Under the pieces are notes generated by a model that did no database searches, was not told where the DNA came from, and saw nothing but the letters and a program-made list of their open reading frames with translations. Below, piece after piece: positions 28,114 through 51,269 of a stretch of DNA of 64,000 bases. Numbering within the stretch: position 1 is the first letter of the stretch; the number at the start of each line of letters is the position of its first letter. The translations under genes were made by a program, and so were the position numbers. The stretch is from NCBI GenBank assembly GCA_951406725.2, contig OX597820.1, positions 108,190,001-108,254,000 on the forward strand, given 5' to 3'. Origin of the DNA: Octopus vulgaris (taxonomy: Eukaryota).

Positions 28114-30810
28114 ACCGCCAATGGCTGAAAGATGGCAAGAGATGGGGAAGAGATGGGATTACGGCTTGAGGTAGCCTCGCCTAAGGTTAAATTTTGTAGA
28201 GAGAGAGATAGAAAGATAAATCAAGTTATGGCGAAGGCTTGAAAGTAGCCTTAAAAGGTTAAATTTTCGTAACAATGTATGAATAAACGTAGTAACAACG
28301 AATGGAAATATTAAGATAAATTTTTAAAGAACTTGCTGCGGACATCGATCGGGAGTTGAAATTTAAGAAGTAAGTTAGTTGAATTGGGAATTTAAATTGT
28401 AGAATCGTAATGGTAAGGAGGAGGAAAAAGATCGCACAATGGCTGAAAGATGGCTGAAGAGATGGCAAGAGATGGGAAGAGATGGGATTACGGCTTGAGG
28501 TAGCCTCGCCTAAGGTTAAATTTTGTAGAGAGAGAGATAGAAAGATAAATCAAGTTATGGCGAAGGCTTGAAAGTAGCCTTAAAAGGTTAAATTTTCGTA
28601 ACAATGTATGAATAAACGTAGTAACAACGAATGGAAATATTAAGATAAATTTTTAAAGAACTTGCTATGGACATCGATCGGGAGTTGAAATTTAAGAAGT
28701 AAGTTAGTTGAATTGGGAATTTAAATTGTAGAATCGTAATGGTAAGAGGAGGAAAAAGACCGCCAATGGCTGAAAGATGGCTGAAAGATGGCAAGAGATG
28801 GGATTACGGCTTGAGGTAGCCTCGCCTAAGGTTAAATTTTGTAGAGAGAGAGATAGAAAGATAAATCAAGTTATGGCGAAGGCTTGAAAGTAGCCTTAAA
28901 AGGTTAAATTTTCGTAACAATGTATGAATAAACGTAGTAACAACGAATGGAAATATTAAGATAAATTTTTAAAGAACTTGCTGCGGACATCGATCGGGAG
29001 TTGAAATTTAAGAAGTAAGTTAGTTGAATTGGGAATTTAAATTGTAGAATCGTAATGGTAAGAGGAGGAAAAAAATTTTCGACCGCCAATGGCTGAAAGA
29101 TGGCTGAAAGATGGCAAGAGATGGGAAGAGATGGGATTACGGCTTGAGGTAGCCTCGCCTAAGGTTAAATTTTGTAGAGAGAGAGATAGAAAGATAAATC
29201 AAGTTATGGCGAAGGCTTGAAAGTAGCCTTAAAAGGTTAAATTTTCGTAACAATGTATGAATAAACGTAGTAACAACGAATGGAAATATTAAGATAAATT
29301 TTTAAAGAACTTGCTGCGGACATCGATCGGGAGTTGAAATTTAAGAAGTAAGTTAGTTGAATTGGGAATTTAAATTGTAGAATCGTAATGGTAAGAGGAG
29401 GAAAAAGACCGCCAATGGCTGAAAGATGGCTGAAAGATGGCAAGAGATGGGAAGAGATGGGATTACGGCTTGAGGTAGCCTCGCCTAAGGTTAAATTTTG
29501 TAGAGAGAGAGATAGAAAGATAAATCAAGTTATGGCGAAGGCTTGAAAGTAGCCTTAAAAGGTTAAATTTTCGTAACAATGTATGAATAAACGTAGTAAC
29601 AACGAATGGAAATATTAAGATAAATTTTTAAAGAACTTGCTGCGGACATCGATCGGGAGTTGAAATTTAAGAAGTAAGTTAGTTGAATTGGGAATTTAAA
29701 TTGTAGAATCGTAATGGTAAGAGGAGGAAAAAAGACCGCCAATGGCTGAAAGATGGCTGAAAGATGGCAAGAGATGGGAAGAGATGGGATTACGGCTTGA
29801 GGTAGCCTCGCCTAAGGTTAAATTTTGTAGAGAGAGAGATTAGAAAGATAAATCAAGTTATGGCGAAGGCTTGAAAGTAGCCTTAAAAGGTTAAATTTTC
29901 GTAACAATGTATGAATAAACGTAGTAACAACGAATGGAAATATTAAGATAAATTTTTAAAGAACTTGCTGCGGACATCGATCGGGAGTTGAAATTTAAGA
30001 AGTAAGTTAGTTGAATTGGGAATTTAAATTGTAGAATCGTAATGGTAAGAGGAGGAAAAAAAGACCGCCAATGGCTGAAAGATGGCTGAAAGATGGCAAG
30101 AGATGGGAAGAGATGGGATTACGGCTTGAGGTAGCCTCGCCTAAGGTTAAATTTTGTAGAGAGAGAGATAGAAAGATAAATCAAGTTATGGCGAAGGCTT
30201 GAAAGTAGCCTTAAAAAGGTTAAATTTTCGTAACAATGTATGAATAAACGTAGTAACAACGAATGGAAATATTAAGATAAATTTTTAAAGAACTTGCTGC
30301 GGACATCGATCGGGAGTTGAAATTTAAGAAGTAAGTTAGTTGAATTGGGAATTTAAATTGTAGAATCGTAATGGTAAGAGGAGGAAAAAAGACCGCCAAT
30401 GGCTGAAAGATGGCTGAAAGATGGCAAGAGATGGGAAGAGATGGGATTACGGCTTGAGGTAGCCTCGCCTAAGGTTAAATTTTGTAGAGAGAGAGATAGA
30501 AAGATAAATCAAGTTATGGCGAAGGCTTGAAAGTAGCCTTAAAAGGTTAAATTTTCGTAACAATGTATGAATAAACGTAGTAACAACGAATGGAAATATT
30601 AAGATAAATTTTTAAAGAACTTGCTGCGGACATCGATCGGGAGTTGAAATTTAAGAAGTAAGTTAGTTGAATTGGGAATTTAAATTGTAGAATCGTAATG
30701 GTAAGAGGAGGAAAAAAGACCGCCAATGGCTGAAAGATGGCTGAAAGATGGCAAGAGATGGGAAGAGATGGGATTACGGCTTGAGGTAGCCTCGCCTAAG
30801 GTTAAATTTT

Positions 30811-30813
<3 letters not shown>
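28114..30813. repeat. Tandem array of about 8.3 copies of a ~327-bp unit
   Basis: Units start near 28114, 28431, 28758, 29082, 29408, 29735, 30064, 30392 and 30719 and are nearly identical. Confidence 0.96.
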
Positions 30814-35790
<4,977 letters not shown>

Positions 35791-37390
35791 CTCTTTTACT
35801 CTTTTACTTGTTTCAGCCATCTGGCTGAGGCCATGCTGGGGCACCGCCCTTGTTGCTACCCTCTCTAAGTCCAGTTTGCCGTGGCTGGCCACTGATCTAA
35901 GAGAGAGTTTGTAGCTGCTGCCCTTAGGTTACCTTTGTACCTTGCAGTGGGTTCATCTGGGATCCCGGAAAGCAGCTTGTCTAGATGTTTTTTGAAAATG
36001 TCCACATCCGCATCATGTAGATCTCTTAGTTTTCTTGGCAGTTTGTTGAACAGCTGAGGGCCCCTGAACCCCAGGCTATTACAGTATCTGCTCCTTACCC
36101 TGGATGTGGAAGACGGGACCTTTGGCACCACACAGTGACGTCCTGTACGGGGATTGGAACAGCTCTCAATTCCAAAATTTGGTGCTAGTCCCTCCAGGAT
36201 TTTCCATATGTATATCACTGCATATATCTCTCTCGTCTTCGTTCCAAGGAGTACAAATTGAGTTCCCTAAGCCTCTCCCAATAGTTCTTTTCTTTCATGG
36301 TGGAAATCCTCTTGGTGAAATGTCTTTGGATTGTCTCAAGCTCTGTGGTTAGTTTGACACTATGCGGTGACCACAGTTGGGAGCAGTAGTCCAGGCGGCT
36401 TAGGACAAATGTCCTCCATAGTGTCAACATGATATCGCAGTCTCTTGTCCGGAATGTCCTCAGGATCCAGCCAGTGAGTCGTCTGCACATTGTCGCCACC
36501 TTCGCGATGTGTGAAGAAAAAGATGCATCGTCACTCATGTCTATCCCCAGGTCCCGTATTGATTTCGATACTGGGATTTCGATCCCTCCTGGACCAGTAT
36601 AGTTGTGTTGTAATGTATATGTGTTTACAGCTTGATATTGTAAGGCTTGAAATTTACCAGCATTAAATTGCATGTTGTTGTCTTCAGCCCATTTGCATAT
36701 GGCATCCAGATCTTGTTGTAAAAGGTCAGCATCAGCTGGGTTTTTGATTGCCTGTGCTACCTTTGTGTCATCAGCATAGCTAGTGAGGGATGTTGTTTGT
36801 GCTACCAAGGGCATGTCAGAGAGCGCCACCAAAAACAGCAAGGGTCCCAAGACTGTGCCCTGTGGCACCCCGCTTGCTATTGGTGTCTTTCCCGAGAGGG
36901 CTCCATTGGCTGCAACCATCTGGCTTCGGTCCTTCAGGAAGTCATGTATCCACTCACCTACTTTTCCTGTTATGCCGAGTCTGAGTAATTTGTGACATAT
37001 CACTCCGTGGTCGACTTTGTCAAAGGCCTTCGCAAAGTCGAGATATACCACATCCACCTGTGAGCGATCCAGTAGTTGTTTCAGTACCCAGTCGTAGTGT
37101 TGTAACAGCTGCGTAAGGCAGCTTCTTCCTGGGCGAAAGCCATGCTGTGTGTCAGTGAGACGGTTAGTTTCTCCGAGGAACGTGATCAGTTTTTTTCTGA
37201 TGATTCGTTCCATGACCTTACTTATGTGTGACGTCAGGGAGACTGGCCTGTAGTTTTTGGCCTCTGCTCTACTCCCTCCTTTGTGGATAGGGCATATGGT
37301 GCCTTCTTTTAGCGCCCTGGGCAGTTTACCGTTAGCCAAGGAACCACTGAAGAGCTTCTTCAGTGGTCCCGCTAGGGCATGCCTGCATGT
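35791..37390 (-). mobile_element. CR1-type LINE, 5'-truncated, young
   Basis: 374-aa RT ORF 36215-37339 (QHGFRPGRSCLTQLL, YLDFAKAFDKV, SGVPQGTVLGPLLF, YADD) plus C-terminus 35865-36218 and a (GTAAAAGA)n tail. Confidence 0.95.
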
Positions 37391-38653
<1,263 letters not shown>

Positions 38654-40490
38654 TTGATTGATTGATTGATTGATTCTAGTTTCAGCTTATGAGCTGTGGC
38701 CATGCTGGGGCACCGCCATTTGGTGTTGCTACTTGGTTTCACTTCATGGAGGCTTTCTAGCAACTGCTATTTGGTGCATGAGAGAGTTCGATGCAGCTGC
38801 CCTCATCTGCCCCTCCTGCCGTGAAGTTGGTTCATCTGGGACACCTGACAGGAAGAGATCCAGCTTCATTTTAAAGACATCTGTATCCACCCCATGCAGG
38901 TCTCTCAGGTTCTTCGGGAGGATATTGAAGAGTTGTGGGCCTCGGAAGCCCAGGCTATCACAGAATCTTGTACTACATCTTGATGGCAGGTTTGGAGTCC
39001 TAGGCACCACGCAGTGGCGCCCAGTTCTGGCATTTGCGTAACTCTCGATGCCAAAGTTCAGGACACTTCCCTCCAGGATCTTCCAGATGTATATTATGGC
39101 ATATCTTTCCCGCCTACGCTCCAGGGAATATAATTTTAATCTCTTGAGTCTTTCCCAGTAGCTTACATTCTGCATAGAGGCTATCTTCTTTGTGTAGCTT
39201 CGTTGGATCGCCTCAAGTTCTGTGATCAACTTGACACTGGATGGTGACCATAGCTGAGAGCAATAGTCAAAGTGGCTTAGGACAAGTGTCTTCCAGAGGA
39301 CCATCATGGTTTCTTGTTCTCTTGTTCTAAAGGTTCTAAGAATCCATCCAGCCAGCCGTCTACATTTCATTGTCAGTTTAGCAACATGTACATGAAAGGT
39401 CGCGTCATCACTCATGTGAATACCCATGTCACGCACTGATTGTGCCTCTGGGATTGCAATCCCTCCGGGTCCAGTGTATTCATTGGGTGTTGCATTCAGT
39501 TTTGCATGCTGATAGTATAAAGCTTGAAACTTTCCAGCATTGAACTGCATGCTATTCTTTTCAGCCCACTTGTATATTTCGTCCAGCTCACATTGCAGGT
39601 GTTTAGTGTCCTCAGGGTTCTGTATTGCCTGTGAAACTTTTGTATCATCTGCATAACTTGTGATCGTGGCTCTCCGCGTGGCTGAGGGCATGTCTGAGAG
39701 GGCCATTATGAACAGTAGTGGTCCCAGAACAGTGCCCTGCGGAACACCGCTCACTATTTGTGTGTTAATGGAGGTGGCCCCATTGGCTACTACCACCTGA
39801 CTTCTATCCTTCAGAAAGTCATGAAGCCATTCTCCCAGTTTTCCAACTATGTTGAGATCACGCAGTTTGTGACATATCATTCCATGATCGACTTTGCAAA
39901 GGCGTTTGCAAAGTCGAGATATATCACTTCCACATTTGAGTGGTTGAGCAGCCGTTTCAGCACCCAGTCATAGTGTTGTAGGAGCTGAGTTAAACAGCTT
40001 CTCCCTGGTCGGAAACCATGTTGGGTGTCGGGCAGCAAGTCATTCTCTTCAAGGAAGGTGATCAGCTTCCTTCTGACTATTCGTTCCATGACCTTGCTGA
40101 TGTGTGAGGTCAGAGAGATAGGTCTATAGTTCTTGGCTTCCGCTCTGCTACCTCCTTTATGAATGGGGCATATTTTACCTTCCTTCAGTTTTCCTGGAAG
40201 TTTGCCAGCTGCAAGGAAGCTCTGAAAGAGGAACTGCAGTGGTCTTGCTAGGACTCTCTTACATGCTTTTAGGAGGATTGCCGGGAATCCATCGGGGCCA
40301 GTAGCTGAGTCTGTTTTCATTTCATCTATAGCCTTGGTTACATCGTCTTCCTTTATATTGATGTAATCTATCGTCGCCGCCTCTGATTTTATATCTGCAG
40401 TGGTAAAAAAGTCAGTTGGATTGGTGATTTGGAGATGCCCAAGGGGTGGAGTGAAAACACTCTTGAATTGCTCATTCAGTATTTCACTTA
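38654..40490 (-). mobile_element. CR1-type LINE, second subfamily, running into the assembly gap
   Basis: ORFs 39877-40320 and 38744-39880 (RT with YADD, one frameshift); (AATC)n tail. Confidence 0.95.
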
Positions 40491-40590
40491 NNNNNNNNNN
40501 NNNNNNNNNNNNNNNNNNNNNNNNNNNNNNNNNNNNNNNNNNNNNNNNNNNNNNNNNNNNNNNNNNNNNNNNNNNNNNNNNNNNNNNNNN
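40491..40590. other. Assembly gap (100 N)
   Basis: Run of N. Confidence 1.
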
Positions 40591-41026
40591 TCACTGAGGC
40601 AATGGCGAAAGGACCGAGATCTCTGGAGATATGCTGTGACTACAAAGACCCGGGCTGCTTTCTGCAGCAATTCCACATACCCCCTACCCATTCTAAGTAC
40701 CCCGGATCCCCAAAGTACCCTGGATCCCCAAAGTACCCCGATCCCCAAAGTACCCCGGACCTCGTTGCCCCCGTGCCGCTGACACGTTAAAATGCTCGAA
40801 CCGATCGTGACGATGCCGGACCCTCCGGCCCCTGTGCAGGTGGCACGTAAAAGCACCCAATCCACTCACGGAGTGGTTGGCGTTAGGGAAGGGCATCCAG
40901 CCGTAGAAACTCTGCCAGATTCAGACTGGAGCCTGGAGCGGCCCCTGGCTTCCAGACCCGGTCAAACCGTCCAACCCGTGCTAGCGCGGAAAGCGGACGT
41001 TAAACGATGATGATGATGATGATGAT
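40591..41026 (+). mobile_element. RTE 3' end with a short ~18-bp tandem repeat and (GAT)n tail
   Basis: KDRDLWRYAV ORF tail, CCCCAAAGTACCC repeats, GCGGAAAGCGGACGTTAAACGATGATG. Confidence 0.9.
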
Positions 41027-42611
<1,585 letters not shown>

Positions 42612-44378
42612 TCATCATCTTCATCATCATCATTTAACGTCCGCTTTCCATGCTAGCATGGGTTGGACGGTTCAACTGGGGTCTGGGGAGCCCGAAAGCT
42701 GCACCAGTCCAGTCAGATCTGGCAGTGTTTCTACAGCTGGATGCCCTTCCTAACGCCAACCACTCCGAGAGTGTAGTGGGTTATTTTTTATGTGCCACCG
42801 ACACAGGTGCCAGACGAGGCTGGTAAACGGCCACGCTCGGATGGTGTTTTCTATGTGCCACCGACACAGGTGCCAGACGAGGCTGGCAGATGGCCACGCT
42901 CGGATGGTGTTTTTATGTGCCACCGACACAGGTGCCAGATGAGGCTGGCAAGCGGCCACGATCGGATGGTGCTTGTTACGTGCCCACAGCACGGAGGCCA
43001 GTCGATGCGGTACTGGCTACGGCCCGTTCGGATGGCTTTCTTGTGTGCCACGTGCCACCGGCACTATGGTACCACAAAGATACAAATTCCATTGATGTTC
43101 ATCTATTTTGATTTGTTTTGATTTTCACTTGCCTCAACAGGTCTTCACAAGTGTCACAAGAAGGAAGGTATGCACAGGTGGACTGACTACGTCCCAGGTA
43201 GGGGCCATGGGTTATGGCCTGACAGTCTTGCCGGGTCTTCGGATGGTGTTTTTATGTGCCACCGACACAGGTGCTAGATGAGGCTGGCGAACGGCCACGA
43301 TCGGATGGTGTTTGTCATGTGCCCCGCACTGACTACAGCACTGATGGATTTCTTGTGTGCCACAGGCACCAGACACCACAAGATACAAATTCCATTGATG
43401 TTCATCTATTTTGTCTATTTTGATTTGATTTGATTTGATTTTCACTTGCCTCAACCGGTCTTCACAAGTGTCACAGAGAAGGGAAAGGTATGCACAGGTG
43501 GACTGACTAGTCTTGCCGGGTCTTCGGAAGGTGTTTTTATGTGCCACCGACACAGGTGCCAGATGAGGCTGGCGAACGGCCATGATCGGATGGTGTTTGT
43601 TACGTGCCCCACAGCAGCACGGAGGCCGGTCGATGTGGAACTGGCTCGGACCACGTTCGGATGGTTCTCTTGGGTGCCACCGGCACTGAATTTTTCCCAC
43701 AAAGTGTGTGTGCCACCAGCACTGGTACCACAAAAGATACAGATTCCATTGATGTTCATCTATTTTGATTTGTTTAATTTTGATTTTCACTTGCCTCAAC
43801 AGGTCTTCACAAGTGTCACAAGAAGGAAGGTATGCACAGGTGGACTGACTACGTTCCAGGTAGGGGCCATGGGTTATGGCCTGACTAGTCTTGCGAGGGT
43901 CTTCGGATGGTGTTTTTATGTGCCACCGACACAGGTGCTAGATGAGGCTGGCGAACGGTCACGATCGGATGGTGTTTGTCATGTGCCCACAGCACGGAGG
44001 CCAGTCGATGCGGTACTGGCTACGGCCACTTTCGGATGGTTTTCTCTTGTGCCACCGGCTGGTACCACAAAGATACAAATTCCATTGATGTTCATCTATT
44101 TTGATTTGTTTTTGATTTGATTTTGATTTTGATTTTCACTTGCCTCAACAGGCCTTCACAAGTATCACAAGGAGGAAGGTATGCACAGCGGGTGGACTGA
44201 CTACGTCCCAGGTAGGGGCCATGGTTTATGGCCTGACTAGTCTTGCCGGGTCTTCGGATGGTGTTTTTATGTGCCACCGACACAGGTGCTAGATGAGGCT
44301 GGCGAAGCAGCCACGACCGGATGGTGTTTGTTATGTGCCCACAGCACGATGGCCAGTGATGCGGTACTGACTACGGCC
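42612..44378 (-). mobile_element. RTE-derived non-coding element: about 4.5 tandem copies of the 3' UTR plus the terminal tail
   Basis: Units of 285-380 bp restart at GGATGGTGTTTTTATGTGCCACCGACAC after CTTGCCGGGTCTTC (about 43241, 43526, 43906, 44256); homologous to 58042-58555. Confidence 0.88.
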
Positions 44379-44383
44379 ATATA

Positions 44384-44418
<35 letters not shown>

Positions 44419-44432
44419 GTATAAATATACAT

Positions 44433-44807
<375 letters not shown>

Positions 44808-44866
44808 CATATATATATATATGTATACATATATGTATATATATATATACATATATATATATATGT

Positions 44867-44902
<36 letters not shown>

Positions 44903-44909
44903 ACATATA

Positions 44910-44979
<70 letters not shown>

Positions 44980-46708
44980 CTCTTTTACTCTTTTACTCTT
45001 TTACTTGTTTCAGCCATCCGGCTGAGGCAATACATGCTGGGGCACCGCCCTTGTTGCTACCCTCTCTAAGTCCAGTTTGCCGTGGCTGGCCACTGATCTA
45101 AGAGAGAGTTTGTAGCTGCTGCCCTTAGGTTACCTTCGTACCTTGCAGTGGGTTCATCTGGGATCCCGGAAAGCAGCTTGTCTAGATGTTTTTTGAAAAT
45201 GTCCACATCCGCATCATGTAGATCTCTTAGTTTTCTTGGCAGTTTGTTGAACAGCTGAGGGCCCTGAACCCCAGGCTATTACAGTATCTGCTCCTTACCC
45301 TGGATGTGGAAGACGGGACCTTTGGCACCACACAGTGACGACCTGTACGGGGATTGGAACAGCTCTCAATTCCAAAATTTGGTGCTAGTCCCTCCAGGAT
45401 TTTCCATATGTATATCACTGCATATCTCTCTCGTCTTCGTTCCAAGGAGTACAAATTGAGTTCCCTAAGCCTCTCCCAATAGTTCTTTTCTTTCATGGTG
45501 GAAATCCTCTTGGTGAAATGTCTTTGGATTGTCTCAAGCTCTGTGGTTAGTTTGACACTATGCGGTGACCACAGTTGGGAGCAGTAGTCTAGGCGGCTTA
45601 GGACAAATGTCCTCCATAGTGTCAACATGGTCTCGCAGTCTCTTGTCCGGAATGTCCTCAGGATCCAGCCAGTGAGTCGTCTGCACATTGTCGCCACCTT
45701 CGCGATGTGTGAAGAAAAAGATGCATCGTCACTCATGTCTATCCCCAGGTCCCGTATTGATTTCGATACTGGGATTTCGATCCCTCCTGGACCAGTATAG
45801 TTGTGTTGTAATGTATATGTGTTTACAGCTTGATATTGTAAGGCTTGAAATTTACCAGCATTAAATTGCATGTTGTTGTCTTCAGCCCATTTGTATATGG
45901 CATCCAGATCTTGTTGTAAAAGGTCAGCATCAGCTGGGTTTTTGATTGCCTGTGCTACCTTTGTGTCATCAGCATAGCTAGTGAGGGATGTTGTTTGTGC
46001 TACCAAGGGCATGTCAGAGAGCGCCACCAAAAACAGCAAGGGTCCCAAGACTGTGCCCTGTGGCACCCCGCTTGCTATTGGTGTCTTTCCCGAGAGGGCT
46101 CCATTGTGCAACCATCTGGCTTCTGTCCTTCAAGTGATGTCATTCCAGGGAGGAGATGGCCATCTGGCCATTTGACTTTCGGAAGGTTAAAATCCCCAGC
46201 AGTAGAATGGTGTTACCCTGGTCCAGTTTGTCCAGGACTTCTTCTATTCTTCTGAGGCTATCTTCAAACACTCCTTCATGACTAGGGGTGTCTGGTGGCC
46301 GATAGTGTGACACATATTACTATTTTCGGTTGTTTCATGTGTACTATCAGTGTGTCACAGACTGAGTTTGAGTGTGTCAACAGTACTATGGGTGTGACAT
46401 CTTCACGGACGTACAGGGCAACCCCACCATGAGTTCTTTCCTTCCTGTCTGACCGAAAAACAGTATACTTTGGTACGTGTATTTCTGCATCTGCTATACT
46501 GCTTGACAGGTGCGTTTCAGTCAGCGCTATGCATATTGCATGGTTGCTTGTGCTTAAGTCCCTAAGGTAAGGAATTTTACTCATATTAGTGGGTTTCACC
46601 AGACCTCTGACATTCAGCAGAAGCACTGGTGAGATATTTGGGGTGTCAATAAAGGCTGTCGGTGTGGCACCTGGGCTGGTGTCAGTGGTGGCCACCCTGG
46701 GTCCCTTG
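44980..46708 (-). mobile_element. CR1-type LINE: EN fragment (46140-46708) fused to the RT C-half (44980-46110)
   Basis: LLLNVRGL...IALTETHL...[14 protein letters not shown]; ORF 45227-46111 is almost identical to 35791-36915. Confidence 0.93.
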
Positions 46709-46753
46709 ATATATATACATATATGTATATATATATATATATATATACATATA

Positions 46754-46912
<159 letters not shown>

Positions 46913-46933
46913 GTATATATATATATGTGTATA

Positions 46934-47120
<187 letters not shown>

Positions 47121-47151
47121 CTATATATGTATATATATATATATATATCTA

Positions 47152-47202
<51 letters not shown>

Positions 47203-47431
47203 CTATATATGTATATATCTATATATGTATATATATATATCTATATATGTATATATCTATATATGTATATATCTATATAAGTATATATATATATATGTAT
47301 ATATATGTATATATATATATATACATATATATTTTCACGAGGCATTTCGCGACGATTTGAAAATTTTAGGTCAGATATAAACTTGGCAAGGTCGGAAATG
47401 CCTCGTGAAAATATCTGTTCCGACTTGGGCT

Positions 47432-47538
47432 ATTTCTTACTGAGGAATCTGAGGGCCTGTGGAAGATTGGCTTGATTTAATTTAATCAGGTTAGTTTACC
47501 ATTAATCAGCAGATGAAACGGTATATCGTATAAGAAAT
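47432..47538 (+). ncRNA. Type-I hammerhead ribozyme motif in a pLTR-like segment (47331-47730)
   Basis: atttctta CTGAGGA atctg...cagat GAA acggtatatcgt a taagaaat. 8-bp helix I, 5-bp helix II, near-palindromic helix III, GUA triplet. Confidence 0.82.
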
Positions 47539-47737
47539 TACAGGGTAAATGTTTTTTAAATTTTCTCCTGGTTTACAGAATTAACTTTTATTTGCGGTTG
47601 AAGCTTTGGCTGTTATTTCTAGTGGGTGAATGGCCTATTATGGCCGTTCCTTGATTGTTGATGTTAAACTTAAAAATGGTCTATGACTATTTAATTTTTT
47701 CCTACTAGGCCGCTGGTGGCAAAAAAATTCTACAAAA

Positions 47738-49699
47738 TACCTAGAGATCAGTCTGTATCGTAAGGTTCTAGAAAGATATGGCACCCCTTTCTCCATCTAC
47801 ATAGAAAACAACTGGAAGAGATATCTAGATGACTGTTTCATCCTTTGGCATAAAAATATAGAAAAACTCATAGAATTCCAGAAAATTTTAAACGGACTGG
47901 ACGTAAACATCCAATTCACGATGGAATATAGCCAACAACAACTCCCCTTCCTCGATATCCTCATTAAGAAAGCTAATAATATAATAGAAACAGACATATA
48001 CTATAAGCCTACAGACTCTAAGCAATATCTTCCATTCAATTCATGCCACCCCAGACACACCAGGATGAATATCCCCTTCAATCTAGCAAAAAGGATATGC
48101 ACTATAGTCTCTAACGCAAACACCAGAGACACACGACTACAAGAACTAAAAGATACCCTAATCACCAGGAACTATCCACCTTCACTTATTGACAAGTGCA
48201 TTCAACGTGCCCTTCAACTTAACATCAAGGAACTGAGACATCCCAAATCAAAGAAAAACTTACAACCAAAAGCCTTACCATACATCTCCACACACAACCC
48301 TCTCAATAACGAAGCCTTCAACACCATCCTCCACAACATAACCCTCCTAAAAAAAGACCACAGAATGAACACAATCCTCCAAACACACACGATCATAAAA
48401 AGCAAAAGACAGCCTAGATCCATGAAAAGTCTCCTTACACAAGCCCGAATTCACTCCTCAACACAGAAGCCGACAGTAAAAAAATGTGGAAGACCCAATT
48501 GCGGGATATACGACTATCTAATTGAGGGATCAGAGTTCTCCTTCAAGCAGGGACAACGGTTTACAGTGAAAAGCAACTTCACATGTGCTTCGGAGAACCT
48601 AATATACTCACTAACCTGCTCCGGGTGTCAAGAGCAGTACATAGGCCAAACAAAAAATGGTTTGCGTAAACGAATGGCCCTGCACAGATCCCAGATAAAA
48701 ATTCCCCAAAACAGAAAAATAGCTTTTAGCCAACACATAGATACTTGCGCCAACAAAAAAACACCAAACTTCAGAATTGTCCCCCTCTACCAATTTAGGG
48801 ACGATACAACCTCCAGACAACGAATGAGTAAAGAAAATCTCTTTATTACAAAATACAAGCCACTTCTAAACTGGTCTACGACAAACAATTAATATACCTC
48901 AACTTTAGAATAAAAGAAAAAAATATATATGCACACACAAATATTACACTCCATAGAATCCATTACTAATCAGCCCCTTCATAGCTATACTTACACCCAT
49001 TCATATTCCCCTTCTCTGTTTTTTTTCTTCTTCTTCTTCTTCCTCTTCTTCTTCATCATCATCATTATCATCATCATCATCGTCGTCATCATCATCACCA
49101 CCATCATCACCACCATCTTCTTCTCCTTCTTCTTCTTCATCATCATCATTATCATCATCATCATCGTCGTCGTCATCATCATCACCACCATCTTCTCCTT
49201 CTCCTCCTCCTTCTTCTTCTTCTTCTTCTACTTCTCCACCCCTACCCCTTAACTTTGTCACTAATGTTTTTTAGTATAACACCTACGCTAATTCTATAAA
49301 CAAGCCTGTCAATATAAATATTCTCCTGAATTGAACTGAGACTGCCAGCAGCCACTGACCATTCAAAATACAACCATCAGGGCACTCCCAGATTCTCCCA
49401 TCCCCCTTTCCCCACCAGCCTTCTTCCTCTACTACCCTTCCAAGAACTCACAACGACCACCTCCGACACACAAGTGCAAACAAGGGAGTCAGAGAAAGGC
49501 AGAATGCCACTTAAATCTGAACACTACTATAGAAATATTCTTTTAAAAAAACTTTTCTTCTAATTTTTCTAAATTTAATTATTTAATCGTTACAGTTGAA
49601 AAGGTCTCAAAATGACCGAAACCGGTACTGAAATGTTCACTATAAAATTATTTTAGCATTTTCTATTTTTGACTTGTTTTTTCATATATATCAACTCGT

Positions 49700-49700
<1 letters not shown>
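47738..49700 (+). mobile_element. Penelope-like element (Neptune-type), 5'-truncated: RT C-half, GIY-YIG endonuclease, 3' UTR and pLTR
   Basis: In-frame WKRYLDDCFILW upstream of ORF 47921-48892; LPFLD, YYKPTD, SCHP, Cys linker KKCGRPNC, NLIYSLTCSGCQEQYIGQT. Confidence 0.93.
49593..49630 (+). ncRNA. Minimal hammerhead ribozyme motif, U3-A8 variant, at the 3' pLTR of the Penelope element
   Basis: cag TTGAAAA ggtc tcaaaat gacc GAA accggt a ctg. Confidence 0.7.
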
Positions 49701-51202
<1,502 letters not shown>

Positions 51203-51269
51203 CCGGAGTAAACACATAAATGTGAAACAAGGTGGAAAAAGAGAGTACTCAAATACCAGTGGTAGAGTA

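Noticed and set aside
28160-28195. HDV-like ribozyme in the 327-bp unit (TAG CCTCGC CTA)
   Set aside because: Only a P3/L3-like look-alike; P1, P2 and P4 could not be assembled.
48929-49261. Poly-I/F, poly-M/K and poly-D/E ORFs
   Set aside because: These come from (CAT)n/(CTT)n trinucleotide repeats in the Penelope 3' UTR.
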